From assembly GCA_050084985.1 (NCBI GenBank), contig JBITNC010000001.1:53072001-53136000 (forward strand): a stretch of 64,000 nucleotides of DNA, written 5' to 3'. The notes below the pieces were generated by a model. The model saw nothing but the letters and a program-made list of their open reading frames with translations. It ran no database searches and was not told the origin of the DNA. Positions within the stretch are counted from its first letter, which is position 1. Each line of letters begins with the position of its first letter. Below, piece after piece: positions 37,090-51,335 of this stretch. Made by a program: the position numbers and the translations under genes. The stretch comes from Nageia nagi (taxonomy: Eukaryota; Plantae; Pinophyta).

Positions 37090-38965
37090 ACCTGATTCAC
37101 AAGTGTTGAAGGGTAATAACTATGTTTCTTGGAAGATGAAGATTCAGACAATTTTGGAGTTCGAAGATGAGACATTGCAATTGGAAAAGAAACTTGTCCA
37201 ACAACAGTTGGTGATGACCAAAATAAGTTTGATCAAAGAAACAAGAAAGCTTGCATGATCATCCTTCTTGGTGTTTCAGATGATGTACAACCTTATGTTC
37301 AAGACTCCAAAGATGCTACTGCATGGAAGAAATTGCAGCAAGTGTTTGCCTTAAAGAATAAAAATCAAATTTTACATTTGCAAGGACAATTACACACCTT
37401 TAAATTGAAAAGTGGTGAACAAATTGAATCCTTTCTTCGTAGAGTTGCGGAACTCCATGCCTCCTTATTGGAATTAGGTGAAGAGGTGGAAGACACTTTT
37501 CTTGTACCCATTGTCCTAAGAGCACTCCTGGAGACATCCGTACCTTTGTGACAACATTGAACATCCTGAAGCAAACACCTGACTTTGAAGAGTTAGTAAA
37601 CACGTTGCAATAATAAGAAGTTTCTCATACAAATTCCCATGAAGAGGAACAAGCCATGGTATCCAATCAAAGAGGCAAGAAACCTTTCCAACAAAAAGGT
37701 AAAGGCAAATATTTATAGTGGTCCAATGATAAGAAGCAGAAGACTTGTACGATTTGTGGCAAGAAAGGGCACGAATTGCAAAATTGTTGGTACAATTCGT
37801 TTGCTCAAGGCTCTTCGAGCAATAAAAATAAAAAACAAAAAGGGCAAAACCCTCAGAATCAAGGTGAATGGAAACAAAGAAGACCACAACAAGGCAATGT
37901 TGTAAATGATGTTAATCATTTGATTGAAGATGTTGGCGATCTCGCTTTTGTTCATCAAGAGAACCCTTTAGTCTCATTCGCTTGGTATGTTGATTTCGGT
38001 GCTTCCAAGCATATGAATGGCCGAACGGATTGGTTTGCTTCCTTGGATGACAATGCAAATCTTGGTCAAGTTCGATTGGGCGATGACACATCCCATGATA
38101 TTGAAGGCAAGGGTGATGTTCACGTTTGTCTTGGAAAGAACAACTGTTAGATCAAAGAGGTCTTGTATGTGCCAGGGCTCACAAAGAACCTCTTGTCAAT
38201 TAGTCAGATGCTGGACAACAATTTGAAGGAGGAGTTTGATATTGTGAAAGGAGAAAAGTTTTGCTTCATTCGTGACAAGTCCAAAGGATGCCGAATAATA
38301 GAAAAAGCAAACGGAATTGGGATAATGTTTTTGCTTGATGTTGTAGCTTCCAACAATCAAGCACTAAATGCTCGTGTTGCGGATGTCACTATGCTTTGGC
38401 ACCATAGATTCGGACACATGAATCCAAACTACCTAATCACTTTGCAAAAGAAGCATATGGTATATGGTTTTCCATCTCTTACTTCTCTTACTAATGTTTG
38501 TTCTACTTGCATAGCAGGAAGTAGCACAAAATCCCATTCGGTGATAGCACACATCGTGCTAAAGGACTTTTTGCTATGATCCATACCGATCTTGTGGACC
38601 AATCCAGGCTAGTGTTTTGGCCACAGATACTTGTTGTTATTTGTTGATGACTACAAAAAAATATGGGTGTATTTCTTGAAGACAAAGGACCAAACATTTT
38701 CCTACTTCAAGGAATTCAAGGTACTTGTGGAGAAACAAACTTCTTGTCACATCCATGTTCTCTGCTCAGATCAAGGGGGAGAATACTTATCAAATGAGTT
38801 TTTTGCATTTTGGAAGCAGCAAGGAATTCGACACAGTTGACCACATCTTACACACCATAACAAAAAGGAGTTTGTGAAAGGTGAAATAGAACCATAGTTG
38901 AAATGGAAAGAAGCATGTGTAAAGATGCAAAAATGGATGGAATTTATTGAGGTGAAGTAGTGAAT
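37090..38965 (+). mobile_element. Truncated Ty1/Copia gag-PR-INT remnant
   Basis: LKGNNYVSWKMKI, CTICGKKGHELQNC zinc knuckle, WYVDFGASKHM protease, LWHHRFGHMN, FVDDY..SDQGGEY integrase. It breaks off within the integrase. Confidence 0.85.
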
Positions 38966-41570
38966 CAGATATGGATCCACGCCATTCTCAGAGAGGCTAT
39001 AGAGCCCAACGAGGTGATAGGGGAGGCCATGAAGGCCCACGTCAGCATGGTGAAGGTTAGGACGGGTCAGATAGGGAAATGAGGGTTTTAGGACCCCACA
39101 TCATGCCAGGGAAGCAACCCCACCCCCACGTCAGGATGAGAATGACTCTGGAGAGTCTTCAGAGGGAGATCAGATGGATGGGGAGCATTTGTTGAGGAGA
39201 TTAGAAGCATGAGGGATAAGGATTCCATCCGAGGATCCAGGGAGCAATTTGTGCCACAACTCCGGAGATCCCGATCACAGCGAATGCCTCAGCAAGAGAG
39301 CCCCCTTCTCAAGCGCTACTTGGAGGCCAACGTTGGAGGAAGGCATGATCAGCCAATCATTCCTAGGCTGAACAAGCCCATGTTCGCATCGAAAGGAGGA
39401 GAGGACTCGAGAACAAGGGTGCCTGGTTTGTTGGAACTAAACAAGCATCACAGAGACTACAACATGTTGCATTCGGATGTGAGGCGAGACATCAATTTTA
39501 GCAGTTATTTGGAGCTGTTGGGGTTGAAGGGAGGATCACATGGCCAACGTCAATCAAGAAGCCAATGGGACGGAAAGAGAGATCTGCAGCATAAGATCAA
39601 CAAGATGCAAGTACCCATGTTTGATGGTAAGAGGATGATGGCAAGAGCTTGGGTGCATCAATTGCAAACATACTTTGTTTTGAACCCTAGCATGATGGAG
39701 GAAGAAGTCATGAACTTTGCGTCTTTACATTTGGAGGGAGATGTGTTGGAGTGGTGGCATCATGGCATGGTGAGTCAAGGCTATGCCCACATCACTACGT
39801 TTGAGGAGTTCACTAGGCGGTTGGTGAAGAGGTTCGATCGAAAAGAAGGAGAACGATTACTTCCGAGATCTGAACTCCTTGAGATAGATAGAGACTATGG
39901 ATGAGTTCGTGACAGAGTTTTAGAAACTGGCAGTGATGATCCACCTTATTCCTGAGGAGAGGTTGACGCAACTGTTGGATGGTCAAGGTCTCATATCCCA
40001 AGACCTTAGACGATGCCATAAGAGCTGGTATGACTTGGAGCCTACCGTGAAATCCCTTAGGGGAGGACTAGCCAACAAGGCACCACCAAGTCAGAGGAGG
40101 TGAGAAGGGCCTAGCAAGGCCAAAGCACCACCCATGCCTGGATGGATCAGTTGGATGCTACTGCTAGGAAGAATCTAAGACAAAAGGCAAGTGCTTCTTT
40201 TGCAAGAAGAAATGGGAGCCAAGACACCGTTGCGTTGGTAAAGAGCAAGTACACTATATCGAAGTGCTTTTAGAGGATAGTTCGGAGGAGTCGGAGCTGG
40301 ACCTGAATGAGGTAGTGGATGACTCACGATTGTTGCGTGAAAGAAGGCACACTGGGTAGTATGGTAGCTTCACTTCATGGGGTGAAGAAGTTTATGATGC
40401 TGAAGCTGATTGGATAAGCAAGTGGTCAGGATGTCATGGTGATGATAGATCCAGGGCATGACACAATTTCATTGACATCAACTTCGTAGAGAGGAAAGAC
40501 CTGAAGACCAAAGGTTTTGAGGGCTTTTGAGTTTTGAATGCTAATGGCAAGTTGACATTGGTGGATCGGATTGTGGAGAGATTGGGGATCAAACTACAGG
40601 GTTGTGTAGTAAGGGAGAACTTCTACTTGTATCCTCTCATGGGCACCCGCATGTCATTTTAGGGGTACAATGGTTGTTCGAGTTGGTGACATTCATACCA
40701 ACTAATATCAGGTTTGAGATGGATGGGGTGGAGTACACCCTACAAGGGCTGCAAGAGGAGGATGTGCAGAGGACCAACAATCGATTAGAGTCGATAGATT
40801 TGGGATTGGATGATATCTGGATGACCACGTTGGGATACAAGGAGACATGACCCCCACGTTGAGCTTGGACAGGGCTAGGAAAGCCACATGTGGTGGTCAG
40901 GAAAGTTGGAGCCCCATGGGAAGGAGGCTAGTTGGGACGATCACGTTAGGCACCCAAGGAGGTTGGGACCCTACATTGGACATTGTATCATCAGAGGCAA
41001 CTCGTTGGGTATCTGAGGAGGAAGGAATCCCATGTTGAGGCTTGGGAAAGCAGATGTGCCTGTGCGGATTGTTCGGTAGTTTTGGAACCCACATTGCAAA
41101 TTGAGAATCACTCATTGATGAGGTCAACAAAAATCCGAAGAGGGGCCTAGGCCCAACACATTTTGTGCTGACGATCATTTTTTGTAGGACATTGTAGGTA
41201 CAATTCCATGTAGGGATACACTCAGTTCCGTGGCTTAAGAGATTCATCCATGAACACATATTAAGGATAGTGGCTGTGGACATTTCTTAATTTCGCAGGA
41301 CATTGGACTATTCAACACTTAAGACTCACTTCAGCTAGAGGGACCTGATATCGAGGTGGTTTTCCAGAGAGGTAGGGTGCAACTGAAGATACCAAAGGAT
41401 TCTTGGAAGAAAACCCTCAGCTATCTCCTACCATTGCTTGAGGGCAAGCAATTCGAAAGGGGAGACTTTGTGACGTCCCATTTGGACCATTGACAAAATG
41501 TGTCATGGTCCTTTTGTAATCTAGTGTTTGTTTATGGTCATGTTGTACATGTGTAACTCATGTTGGATCA
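38966..41570 (+). mobile_element. Reina-type Gypsy derivative: gag and protease only, then PPT and start of the 3' LTR
   Basis: Gag ORF 39209-39904 homologous to the intact element (KMQVPMFDG..ARAWVHQLQTYF). CFFCKKKWEPRHRC knuckle and protease remnant. Tail LEGKQFERGD, PPT at about 41455-41468, TGTGACGTCCC at 41469. Confidence 0.8.
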
Positions 41571-41871
41571 GCCCTCACTCAATATCAATATTCATTCACT
41601 AAAAAAACCCCATCTCCTACAACATCCACCTCCTTAATAGATGCATCTTCTATTTCTTCATTATGTGGACCCCATCACTTAAACCACCATAATATTATAT
41701 TTCTCTTTATAAAAATAATATAATATCTCCACACCATATAAAACCATAAAATAACATAATAAATGTCCATGAGCCTCCCTAGGCTTGGACATCACACCCT
41801 CAACCTCCTAAAATAGCAAAAATAATAATAAAAATATTTACAATAATGCACATGACCAAAAAGGGTCATTA

Positions 41872-44800
41872 CTTCTTACTGCACTATTGACCATCTCGGA
41901 GTGATAACATACCGAATGTCTATCCTGTAACAAAACAACATCCATAACATAATTACTTGCATCAGTTTCTGTTTCAAATGATTGTTGAAGATTAGGCCAA
42001 GCAAGAATTGGGGCATTAGTGATTCTTCTTTTCAACAAATCAAAAGCATTTTGCTTTCTCCCTCCCCACTGAAATCCATGATTTTTCCCTGTAATAGCAT
42101 GGAGTGGAGAAGTAATAAAGGAAAAATTAGCAATAAACTTGCGAAGGTATTGCACTGCTCCAAGAAAACTTGTTTTTGTCACATTAGTGGGCCTAGGCCA
42201 TCACACAACATCTACCTTGACAGGATCTATCCTTATTGGCCTTCACCAACAATATGATTGAGATAGATTAAACTTTCCCTGACAAACTCGCACTTACACA
42301 TTTTCAAAAAGAGTTTAGCTTCTCTTAATGCTTCAAACACCTTACGAATATGAATCACATGATCATTCCAATCATTACAGTAAATGAGAATATCATCGAG
42401 ATACACAATAACAAAATCATCAAGAAAAAGTCTCAAAACTTCATTCATCACTCTCATGAAAGTAGCAGCTGCATTGCACAAACCAAACGGTAAAACCAAC
42501 CACTTAAACAATCCTTGTTTTGTTTTAAAAGCAATTTTCCAAACATCTTCATCTTTAACCGCACTTGATGATAACCTCTCCTTAAATCAAGTTTTGTAAA
42601 GATTTTAGCCTTTTGCACTGGGTCCATTAAATCATCAATGCATGGTAACGAATACCTATTCTTTACCATTATTTTTTTTAATGCCCTATAATCCGCACAC
42701 ATACGCCATGATCCATATTTCTTTGGGATTAACACAATTGGAGAACCACATGGTGATGTACTAGGCCTAATGAATCCTTGATCTAACAATTCCTTGACTT
42801 GTTTCTTAATTTCTTCACTTTCCATGATAGAATTTCTATATAAGCCAATATTAGGAAGAGCTACGTCTTGATGCAATTGAATCTCATGTTGAATATCTAT
42901 TTTAGGTGGAAGTTCTTTAGGTTATTGAAATAAATCCTCAAATTCAGAAATTACCTCTTTCACTGCTTCTTTGTAGCGAGGATCGCATTCATTAAGAGCT
43001 TTCACAATCTCCACTTCATTTTGAGACCTCACCATTGCAAGTACAAACTTTTGTCCTGCATTAATAAACCTCTTGGCTTGTCCTTTAGTGATCAAAGAAA
43101 TATTCTTTGCCTTGTTTCTATGAGCATTAACCATATATTCAATCCCATCCTTAATGAGTCTATATTTATTTTCCTTTTTATAAAAATAAAGCATCTCTAT
43201 CATATAGATAAGGATTTCCTAGCACAATCCCACAAATGTCCAAAGGAATAACATCAAGTAATACCTCATCTATGAAATCCCTATTGATTCTAAACATAAA
43301 TTTGCATTGACGAGTAACTTGTAATTTGTTCTTTCCATGAACCCGTCCCAATGGATATAGATGTGGATGTGGTTGATTAGTGAGTGGAAGTGTCTTAACA
43401 TACTCCTTTGCAATCAAGTTAGCTTGTGAAATAGGATTAATTAATGTATCAATTCTAGTTTTCTTAGCTTGTACCTTTATATGAAAAAACTCAATTCCTT
43501 TCTTTTCCTCATTAACATTAGATGATCCTTGCAAAGATACATGTGTCATTTTCTCATCTACATCAGACCCATCATCTACTTCTTTTGTAAGAGTGGCTGC
43601 TTGTTTCTTCTTTCCTTGCCATTTGGATTTAGGACATTGCTCAGGGTGTAGTTTCCAACACTTAGCCTCTAAATGTCCTTTCTTACAATGAGTACATTGA
43701 GCTTTAGACTGGAAATAGTTTTTCCCTTAGTTTTCCCCTTTCCTTTATTCTTTTCGGAATTATTATTAGAAGTATTTTTCTTATTCCCTTCTCTTGCAAA
43801 TTTAGCCTTCTTCTAAGTATGTGGCTTGTGTACAAACATTATCCAATTCAATTGGATCGAAAATCAACAATGTATGCTTCAAATAATTATGCAAACCACC
43901 TATATACTTAAGAAGAGTATCTTTGGTATTGAGAGGAATACCTATCATAGCAACTCTTTTCCAGAATTCGTAGTGTATCTGCACTCTTCTTCCCTTTGGG
44001 GAAACCTTGCCAGTTCAATAACTGTCTCTTGTCGATGGCCTAATGGATAAAATTGTTCTCATAGCAAATGTGTAAAATGATCCCAAATAGATATAGAATG
44101 CTTAATCTCTCATTTGCCAATTGAAGATGACCTTCCCACCAAATGAGTGCCGAACCACCCATCTTGATGGTTGCTTATTGAATTTTATCTTCATCATTAA
44201 CAATATGCTGAATTTACAATAAACTTCAATTTGTTTTATCCAATAATCCAACTTTTCGGCATTTACTTCACCATTAAACATAGGCAAATGAAATTTAACT
44301 TCTAATTTTAAAGGAGAACTTCTTACATGAATTTCTTGTCTCTGAATACTGAGATTATTATCTCCACTTGTTTCAGCTTTGTCTTTCTTAGCATGATGTT
44401 TTTGAAAAGATTGGAATTGTAGAGACATTTTTTGGAACATAGTTGTGAGATATGAAAGTTGCTTTTCAACATTGGATCTTCCTTCCCCAGTCATGGCTGC
44501 TAGCTCTCTTTGCTTTCTTAGCCAGATTCTAGAACCAATTTCTGGATCTCCTTCCACAATATCTCCTCCATTCTTGCTCTCTGATCTAGTAATCATGTAA
44601 GAACAATTCCAAAATACTTAACAACAAACTAATAATAACAAAGATTAATTCCCAAGTAAATAACTTTTGCTCTGTGTAATGTCCCAAAATATTTTAATTT
44701 ATGTTTTGTTGCGTTTCTGGGCTTCTAAGGGGTGGGTTAGTGTGTTTTGAGAAGTTTTATTGTTAGTATAAGTGTTTAGAGAGTTGGTTATGTATTTAGA

Positions 44801-46981
44801 ATAGTTTTGGGACAAAAAAATGTATTAATTAATGTCGTTGACCTGTAACACATTTTTAGTTTGATGGTTGAGATGATAAAGCAGTATTAAATGTCTCTAC
44901 TATTTGTAATTGCCATTTTGGCAAAAGTAACTGTTATGAGGTCAAAGTCCAAGGCATTATTTAATGCTTTTGTAACTACCATAGGAGAGGATTTGTAACT
45001 TTATGAGGTAGAGAGGTTTAAATTAGGACCTCCAAGGCTATATAAGAGGAAGAGTGGTCATTTGGTGAGGGCTGATTTTGGTAGAGAACTTGGAGAGCTT
45101 GCATGCTCTTGGGCCTTAGTATTTTGCTAAGGATTTTTTAGAGGGGTTCCCATTAGATCTGATCTAATGGAGGTTGGAGGAGAGATCTAAAGACTATTTA
45201 CCCATTTGAGGACATATCTATTCAAGGTCTGTATTTGTGCTTGCATGGTTGAAGATTCAGTGTTTTGGACACCTATTTGCACTCAGAAATAAAGGGATGT
45301 GAGTTAGGGCTTGGAACAATTGTTAGAAGAGAGCAGAATACAAAATTGAAGACACAATATCCTTATACAACTAGATCTGAAGCTGTCTGCATATAGCCAA
45401 GGTCCTGCAGTGATGTGTCAAATTTTGTAAGCAATATTTGTGTGTTCTCATGTTTAATGAGAGATCTGTTTAGCATACTTTGATTGTGCCTTTGCTTATA
45501 CAAGTTGTAGTGTTCGATTGTTGTGGAGTGTTGTGTGTGATTGCCATCTATATTCAACAAATATCAAGTATGAAAGACAAAAAAATCAGTCCTATTCCAA
45601 TTATTTCTTAAAGTGATTGTGTATTTGCATTTGGTCTATTTCACTCTGATACCAAAACATGAACCGTAATTGGAAGGATTAAATTACTTTAACTCCTTCT
45701 CCAGATCATTTCACACTCAAATTAATTAAGTGCCTGAATACTTGAAGAATTAGAGGATTTAAGTGGAATCTATGTGCAAAACTAGAGAAGAAAACACACC
45801 ACATAGAGATAACAATTTACCCTGGTTCACCGGTGTGGGCTACATCCAACAACAAAAGCTCTCTTCAATCAATGGGTGTTGAACGATGTACTAAGGCCTC
45901 CACAACATTTCAGTACTCCTCACAATTACATAAAACCTCAGCTCTGAAATACTCAAAAATCTACTCTCCAAACTATCTACAATCCTCCCTCCTGAACACC
46001 TCCAACTTGCCTCTTTTTATAAGAAATATTTAGGCCAAGTTTAGAGTGTTTTAGAACTAGAAGATTACAACAAAAATCTATTTTCAGATACCCATTAGGC
46101 TTATCCACCTTTGGTTCAAATTTGAGCTCAAATGGTTGAGCCAATTCCTAATTGGGCTTCAAAGCTCAAAATCACGATTTTAGAAATGCACAGGCTTGCA
46201 AATAAAACTCAGCTTAATAATAGACCAAAACACGAATCACATAAAACCAAATACCTTTAAACCATGCAATATATGCAACTTGTCAAAAATAGGGTGGATC
46301 CAACTAGAGGGTGCCACTTGGCGGTTAAACAAGAAGTGGTCAACTGCCTTTGACTAGCACTATAATGTGAATGGATTGTCGTTTCAGTGGGAATAGGCGT
46401 GGAGTTGGCTGCTTAACAATGGGCGGCTTGGTGGTCTTCACAATGGTGGGTGGTCAGAAGCAATATGACCAATGCCTTTTACAAACAAGTCGGCCTCCAC
46501 ATGGTCCCCCTTGTTTTCTCCCCCATCGACCTCTACATCAGAGGACTTGGTGGCTACTTGGTGCGGCTCCAAATGAGCAGGGTCTCCTTTGTTTTCCTCA
46601 TGTTGTCAAACAGTCAAATGACTCGCTAGCGCCTGGTTCTTCGACTTCGCCGTTCATGGGCTTGTTCCCTCTTTCCTACGTGGCAAGTCCATCCCACATG
46701 CAAGCGGTCTAGACCCGCCTTTCGCCTCCATGTCGGCAGCATCTCCACTTGACATGAGTGATGGGTGGCCTCCACGCTATCACAAGGTGGACCCCCTTAG
46801 CAATACCGCCCATTTGGGCTTACTGCATTTTAGTTTTAAATATTTGATTTATACATTTTTTTGATTTATTTTGTATTTTAATTAAAAATACTAAAACTTT
46901 GAAACCAAATATCTCACACATATGGAGATGAATTCTCGATCCGAAAAAAGTGTCGCGGAGCTGGAGATGAACAGAACATCA
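41872..46981 (-). mobile_element. Degraded Ty3/Gypsy (CRM-like), 3'-truncated in RNase H
   Basis: 5' LTR at about 45660-46981, PBS at 45644-45654, gag 44102-44596, CTHCKKGHLEAKC knuckle, PHPHLYPLG/DVIPLDICGIVLG region, RT YLDDILI, RNase H ETDAS. It is cut at about 41871 by another LTR-like sequence. Confidence 0.85.
44675..45643 (+). mobile_element. Solo LTR inserted inside the PBS of the host Gypsy
   Basis: TGTAATGTCCCAAAA...ATTTCA termini (same type as the intact Reina LTR). Perfect TSD CTCTG at 44670-44674 and 45644-45648. Confidence 0.9.
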
Positions 46982-47243
46982 CAAATCCAAGTATACTGTA
47001 TAACGAGAGGATCCAAATTTTGGATAGGAACCAACTAGAAGCAAAACATTTGGTAGAAGGTTTTTTCTAAAATGAAGGTTTTTTCTAAAATCGGAATTGA
47101 TGTTGCTGTATAATGCTGCTCCAGCCACTTCTCAAATCAGTTTACCAGTAGAAAATAGATTGTTTTCAGCTAAAATGCAATCCTTGATAAGATTGCTCAT
47201 AAGAAACCAGAAAGATTTACGTCCTCCCTAAATCGATAGATGC

Positions 47244-47625
47244 TAGGTCTTAAAAATTGGATATAAGCATAAAATGAATCTCTCAAAGGTTGGCAGGCCT
47301 CTATTTATTCATTGACATGCTCCAAACACTAGACACCTAGCTCAACTGTCAATAGAAATGAATAGACATTATTTTTACTTGATATGACACTAATATCACT
47401 TAGAACATGTCAAATTTAATGTTAATAATCAAGTAATAGGTCTTAAAAAGTGATATAAGCATAAAGTGAATCTCTCAAAGGTTGGCCGGCCTCTATTTAT
47501 TCATTGACATGCTCCAAACACCATGCACCTAGCTCAATTGTCATAGAAATGAATAGACATTATTTTTACTTGATATACACTAATATCACCTAGAACATGT
47601 CAAATTTAATGTTAATAATCAAGTA
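47244..47625. repeat. ~193-bp tandem duplication within an LTR-like sequence (about 47000-48105)
   Basis: taggtcttaaaaa...gttaataatcaagta starts at 47244 and again at 47437. Confidence 0.85.
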
Positions 47626-48563
47626 CCACATAAAATGGCACTAGTGTAATAAGTTATAACATTAATTTGCCTAAGTGACCAATATAACTTGACCTGTCAT
47701 CAGTAAATCAGTCATAGCTACAGAACCACTCGCGAGAAAGACCTGAGATAAAATATTATGAACAACTGACTCACACCTGAATCCAATGACAGATTGCATG
47801 ACATGGTCTTGTTCCTAGAAGACCTCAAAAAGTCTCTTAAGAAATAGGAACAAGTACACTTATAATGAACATGTACACTTGAAAATCTTCAAGGCTATGA
47901 ACCATGCTAACAATAAAAAGTTCTCTTTAGGGTAAATCCCCTGTGAGAATAGTAATGGCGAGGGTTACACCTTCAACTGACCTCTCAAAATATAGGAAAT
48001 GGTACAAAACTCATAAATACACCAGGGTCAAATAAATGAAACCAATCCTCACCATTATATACTTCTCTAGCAAGATATATTGGATTTGTGCCTATTTTCA
48101 TAACAATGTTATGTTGTGAGATATTTGTTTTGCACCTTAAAAATGTATTATAGAAGGATTCAAACTTACGTTAATATTCAAATCATCTATTATGTTATTT
48201 TACATTTTCTGTTATATATATTATTGAGTGCATCATCATTTTATATTCACCTTGATTCAGATTATATTGTTGGTTAATTTGAAGACAAAGTACTAAAGAC
48301 CAACTGCATCTACCAGTCTTCTTTTATGTGTGAATACGATGCTCCATTTTCAGGTTCCTTATTACCATTTAGATCTAACATTGTAGGGAAACAGCTATGG
48401 TAAGAATTCAAATTTTGTGTGTTATTTGCAAGTGTGTGTTTTAAACAAAATGATATTTATTGCCCTCATAGTTGTTGGTTACTGCCATTTGCTATTCTTT
48501 ATTCAAGGTTGATAATTTGTCACATTTTACTTGAAATTATACATAATTGCGTCTTTCTTGCAG

Positions 48564-48651
48564 GCAAAAAGAGATTTATTTGACTTGTCCAACAATACAA
48601 TTCCAATAATATGCATCCGTTCTGGAGGACCACCTCTTCCAGATTCAGTAG
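48564..48651 (+). CDS. Host gene coding exon 3 (88 bp)
   Basis: ttcttgcag| acceptor and AG|gtaaat donor. Reads AKRDLFDLSNNTIPIICIRSGGPPLPDSV, matching the family-like P-x-IC-x-R-x-G-x-PPLPD motif. Confidence 0.85.
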
Positions 48652-49199
48652 GTAAATACTTTAATGCCTAAAATGATGTCATCTATCTTGTATCAAATTA
48701 TAAAAGATTATATGCTTTTAGTTCCTACTACTGCATCAATTTCATATTAAAAATTTGCAGTGGCTTTTGTTGGATCAATTGACCCTTCCACCAAGATCTT
48801 CTAGCTTGATTTTTTGTAACAACAATTGAATATTTGAGTGCATAGCATTTCCTCAATCGGAGTGTCTGGGAGCTAACATCAGAGTTTCTTGTACATAATA
48901 AGTTAATAACTAATCTAGGTATCACCATGCAAACATAATAGTTGATGTATTACTTTATATATTGGCGATGGTATGGGTTACTTGTCAGCACTTCTAGAAT
49001 CACACTTAAACCTATGTCAAAGGAGAGAATAACAGGAAATTTGACCTATTGCACACATTCACGCCCAAACTTCTGTAGTTCATGTCTTTTGTATAGTAAG
49101 TGTTTTGAACCCTTTTTCCATGTGTGTTTTATTGAGCTCTATGTGGTGGTGCAAGTAGTTTTGTCTTATTCAGTCCCATTTTCATTAGATTCTAGATTT

Positions 49200-51000
49200 T
49201 GTTAAACATGGGTAACTTTTGGAAGGTTCTATAGGTCAAATTGTTCTCTAGGTCAAATTTGTAGGGTACTTGAATTATATGAAATGGAAGAAGTATGTGG
49301 TTAATTTCATTTGTGAGACTTATGGGCAATGATATCAAGCTTAATTCAATGGCAAAGTTATTCTGGAAATGTAAGAATTTGCAGATATTTGTGTTGCTTT
49401 CCTTATGCTTTTCTCTCAAATTTGAGAACAAATATGGAGGAGAGTTAAAAATAAAATAGCTTTAGAGGATTGTCTTGGGCAATCTAATTCAACCATTATT
49501 GAAACTAATGGTTCTGGTGCTTTTAAGGATTTGGCAATCTATGAGACATGTGAAATCAATTTTGCAGCTTGTTGAAGACTAGTCTTTTTGATGAAGCTGG
49601 GAATCACTTGGGGAGTGTTGTGTCTGATAAAGCTAGGAGTCTCTTGGGACAAAGTTTGTTGGGCCAAACTTTGTCAACCTATTTTGGTGTAAATTAGACA
49701 TTTGGCCTTTGATGGTTGGGAGGAGGAGCAAATTGTTAAATAGTTAAGAGATAAACCTACTTAAGTTAAAGACAATGTTTTCATTGAGAAAACAGTAAAT
49801 ATTAACTATATTGGGATTTTGAAATAGAAAGTGGCTTGTAAGCTGATTGTTGACATGATTGTGAGAAAAATTGATGAATTTCTGTTAGGGTCTTTGGTGC
49901 CAACCTAGCACTTACGGTATTGGAGAAGTGAAGATAAATTGGGTGAGGTTGTCGTTGATGGAAAATTTTTAAATTTAGAAGCATTGGATTTCACTTTTCA
50001 ATAAGTCCGTTGATATGCTACCTGATTTCTTTGGGGATTGGTTTGTATATTTTGTAGTTATATAAAGAAGAATGATGTTTAAGTGTCGGACTAACAATAT
50101 TCGTTGAAAAGCATCTAAGTTATTTTTATTCGTGGTTCCATTTGAACATTTGCTTTTTCACAAAAAAAGGATAGCTGGAGTTATTGTGTGGGCCATAGTT
50201 AACATGCACCATCGTTCAGGCTTTATGGTTAAAGATAGAGTATTGGACGTAGAGATAGGAGGTATGTGAAGGGTGAACCACTCCCATTATCGATCACCTT
50301 GATTCACTGAACTGAATTCCACAAGGACTTCAATGATGAAGGAAGAATGACCTATGATGTGGTAGGAGTCAGGACTATCATATGAAAGGCTGGCTAAGAT
50401 AGTGAAGGAAATTTTTTGCCCTTATTTGATAACTGAAAAAGCCACAATGGGGGACTATATCTTGGTAATTTTCATTTTCTTGTTGATGGAGTGTGTTTGA
50501 GTCATCTATCTTTGAGGTCTACTTGTTTTTCTGTTCCATTTGATCACAAGGAGAACCTTATTTTACTTTCTCATGGATTGCTTTCGTTAGGACCTCTTAT
50601 GCTTGTGGATGAGTGACAAAACAGATAGTGTTATTCGGAGGTGTATGACCATGGACTTGTTGATGATGACTGAGGACCTTTGCTCTTCTTTTGAGCTCAA
50701 GGACTTTATTGATTGACCAATTGTTGTTCCTGGAGGATTGTTGGATCTGTTCATGCTTATTTTGGAGTGCGAAAAGCCATGTGGGTCTGTTCTTTGTGAT
50801 TTGACAGGGATACCTCATGAAATGAACACCTTATATATTATGGTTTTCATGGACATGTTTGAGGATGATGTTTATTTTTCCTGTTGATCATGTCGGGAGT
50901 GTTTTTCTTACTTCTACAGGCCTACTATGCCTATTATGGAAGCTGACATTGAAAAGTGATGTTGTGGTTCATATGCAAGCTTCTTGTGTATCATCATATT
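49200..51000 (+). mobile_element. Highly degraded probable LINE remnant
   Basis: TG-rich, decayed coding-like sequence with fragments such as STYFGV. No clean motif, so the boundaries are approximate. Confidence 0.3.
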
Positions 51001-51335
51001 GTCCTAGTCAATCTTATGAGGGTATGTCAGAATATCATATTTTTTATTGGACCTTATCTAAGGTTCGGATTGTGGGGTTAACTTGGTGCAATGAATATAA
51101 ATGAGTTGACTGTATGCGTGTCATTTTTGTTGCCGACAATAACATTCTACATGATTATTAGGGTTATTACTTTCCCTTTGAAAGTAGCATCCAAAACCTC
51201 TAAAGGAATTTATATTGCGAATCATTTGTACCACCCTTGTAATTGCTCTCAGTATTTGTGGATAGTATTCATTTTTTATCATGTAGTGTGTTATATTATA
51301 ATCTGTGTAGTTCTTTATCATTTGTTGCATTTCAT

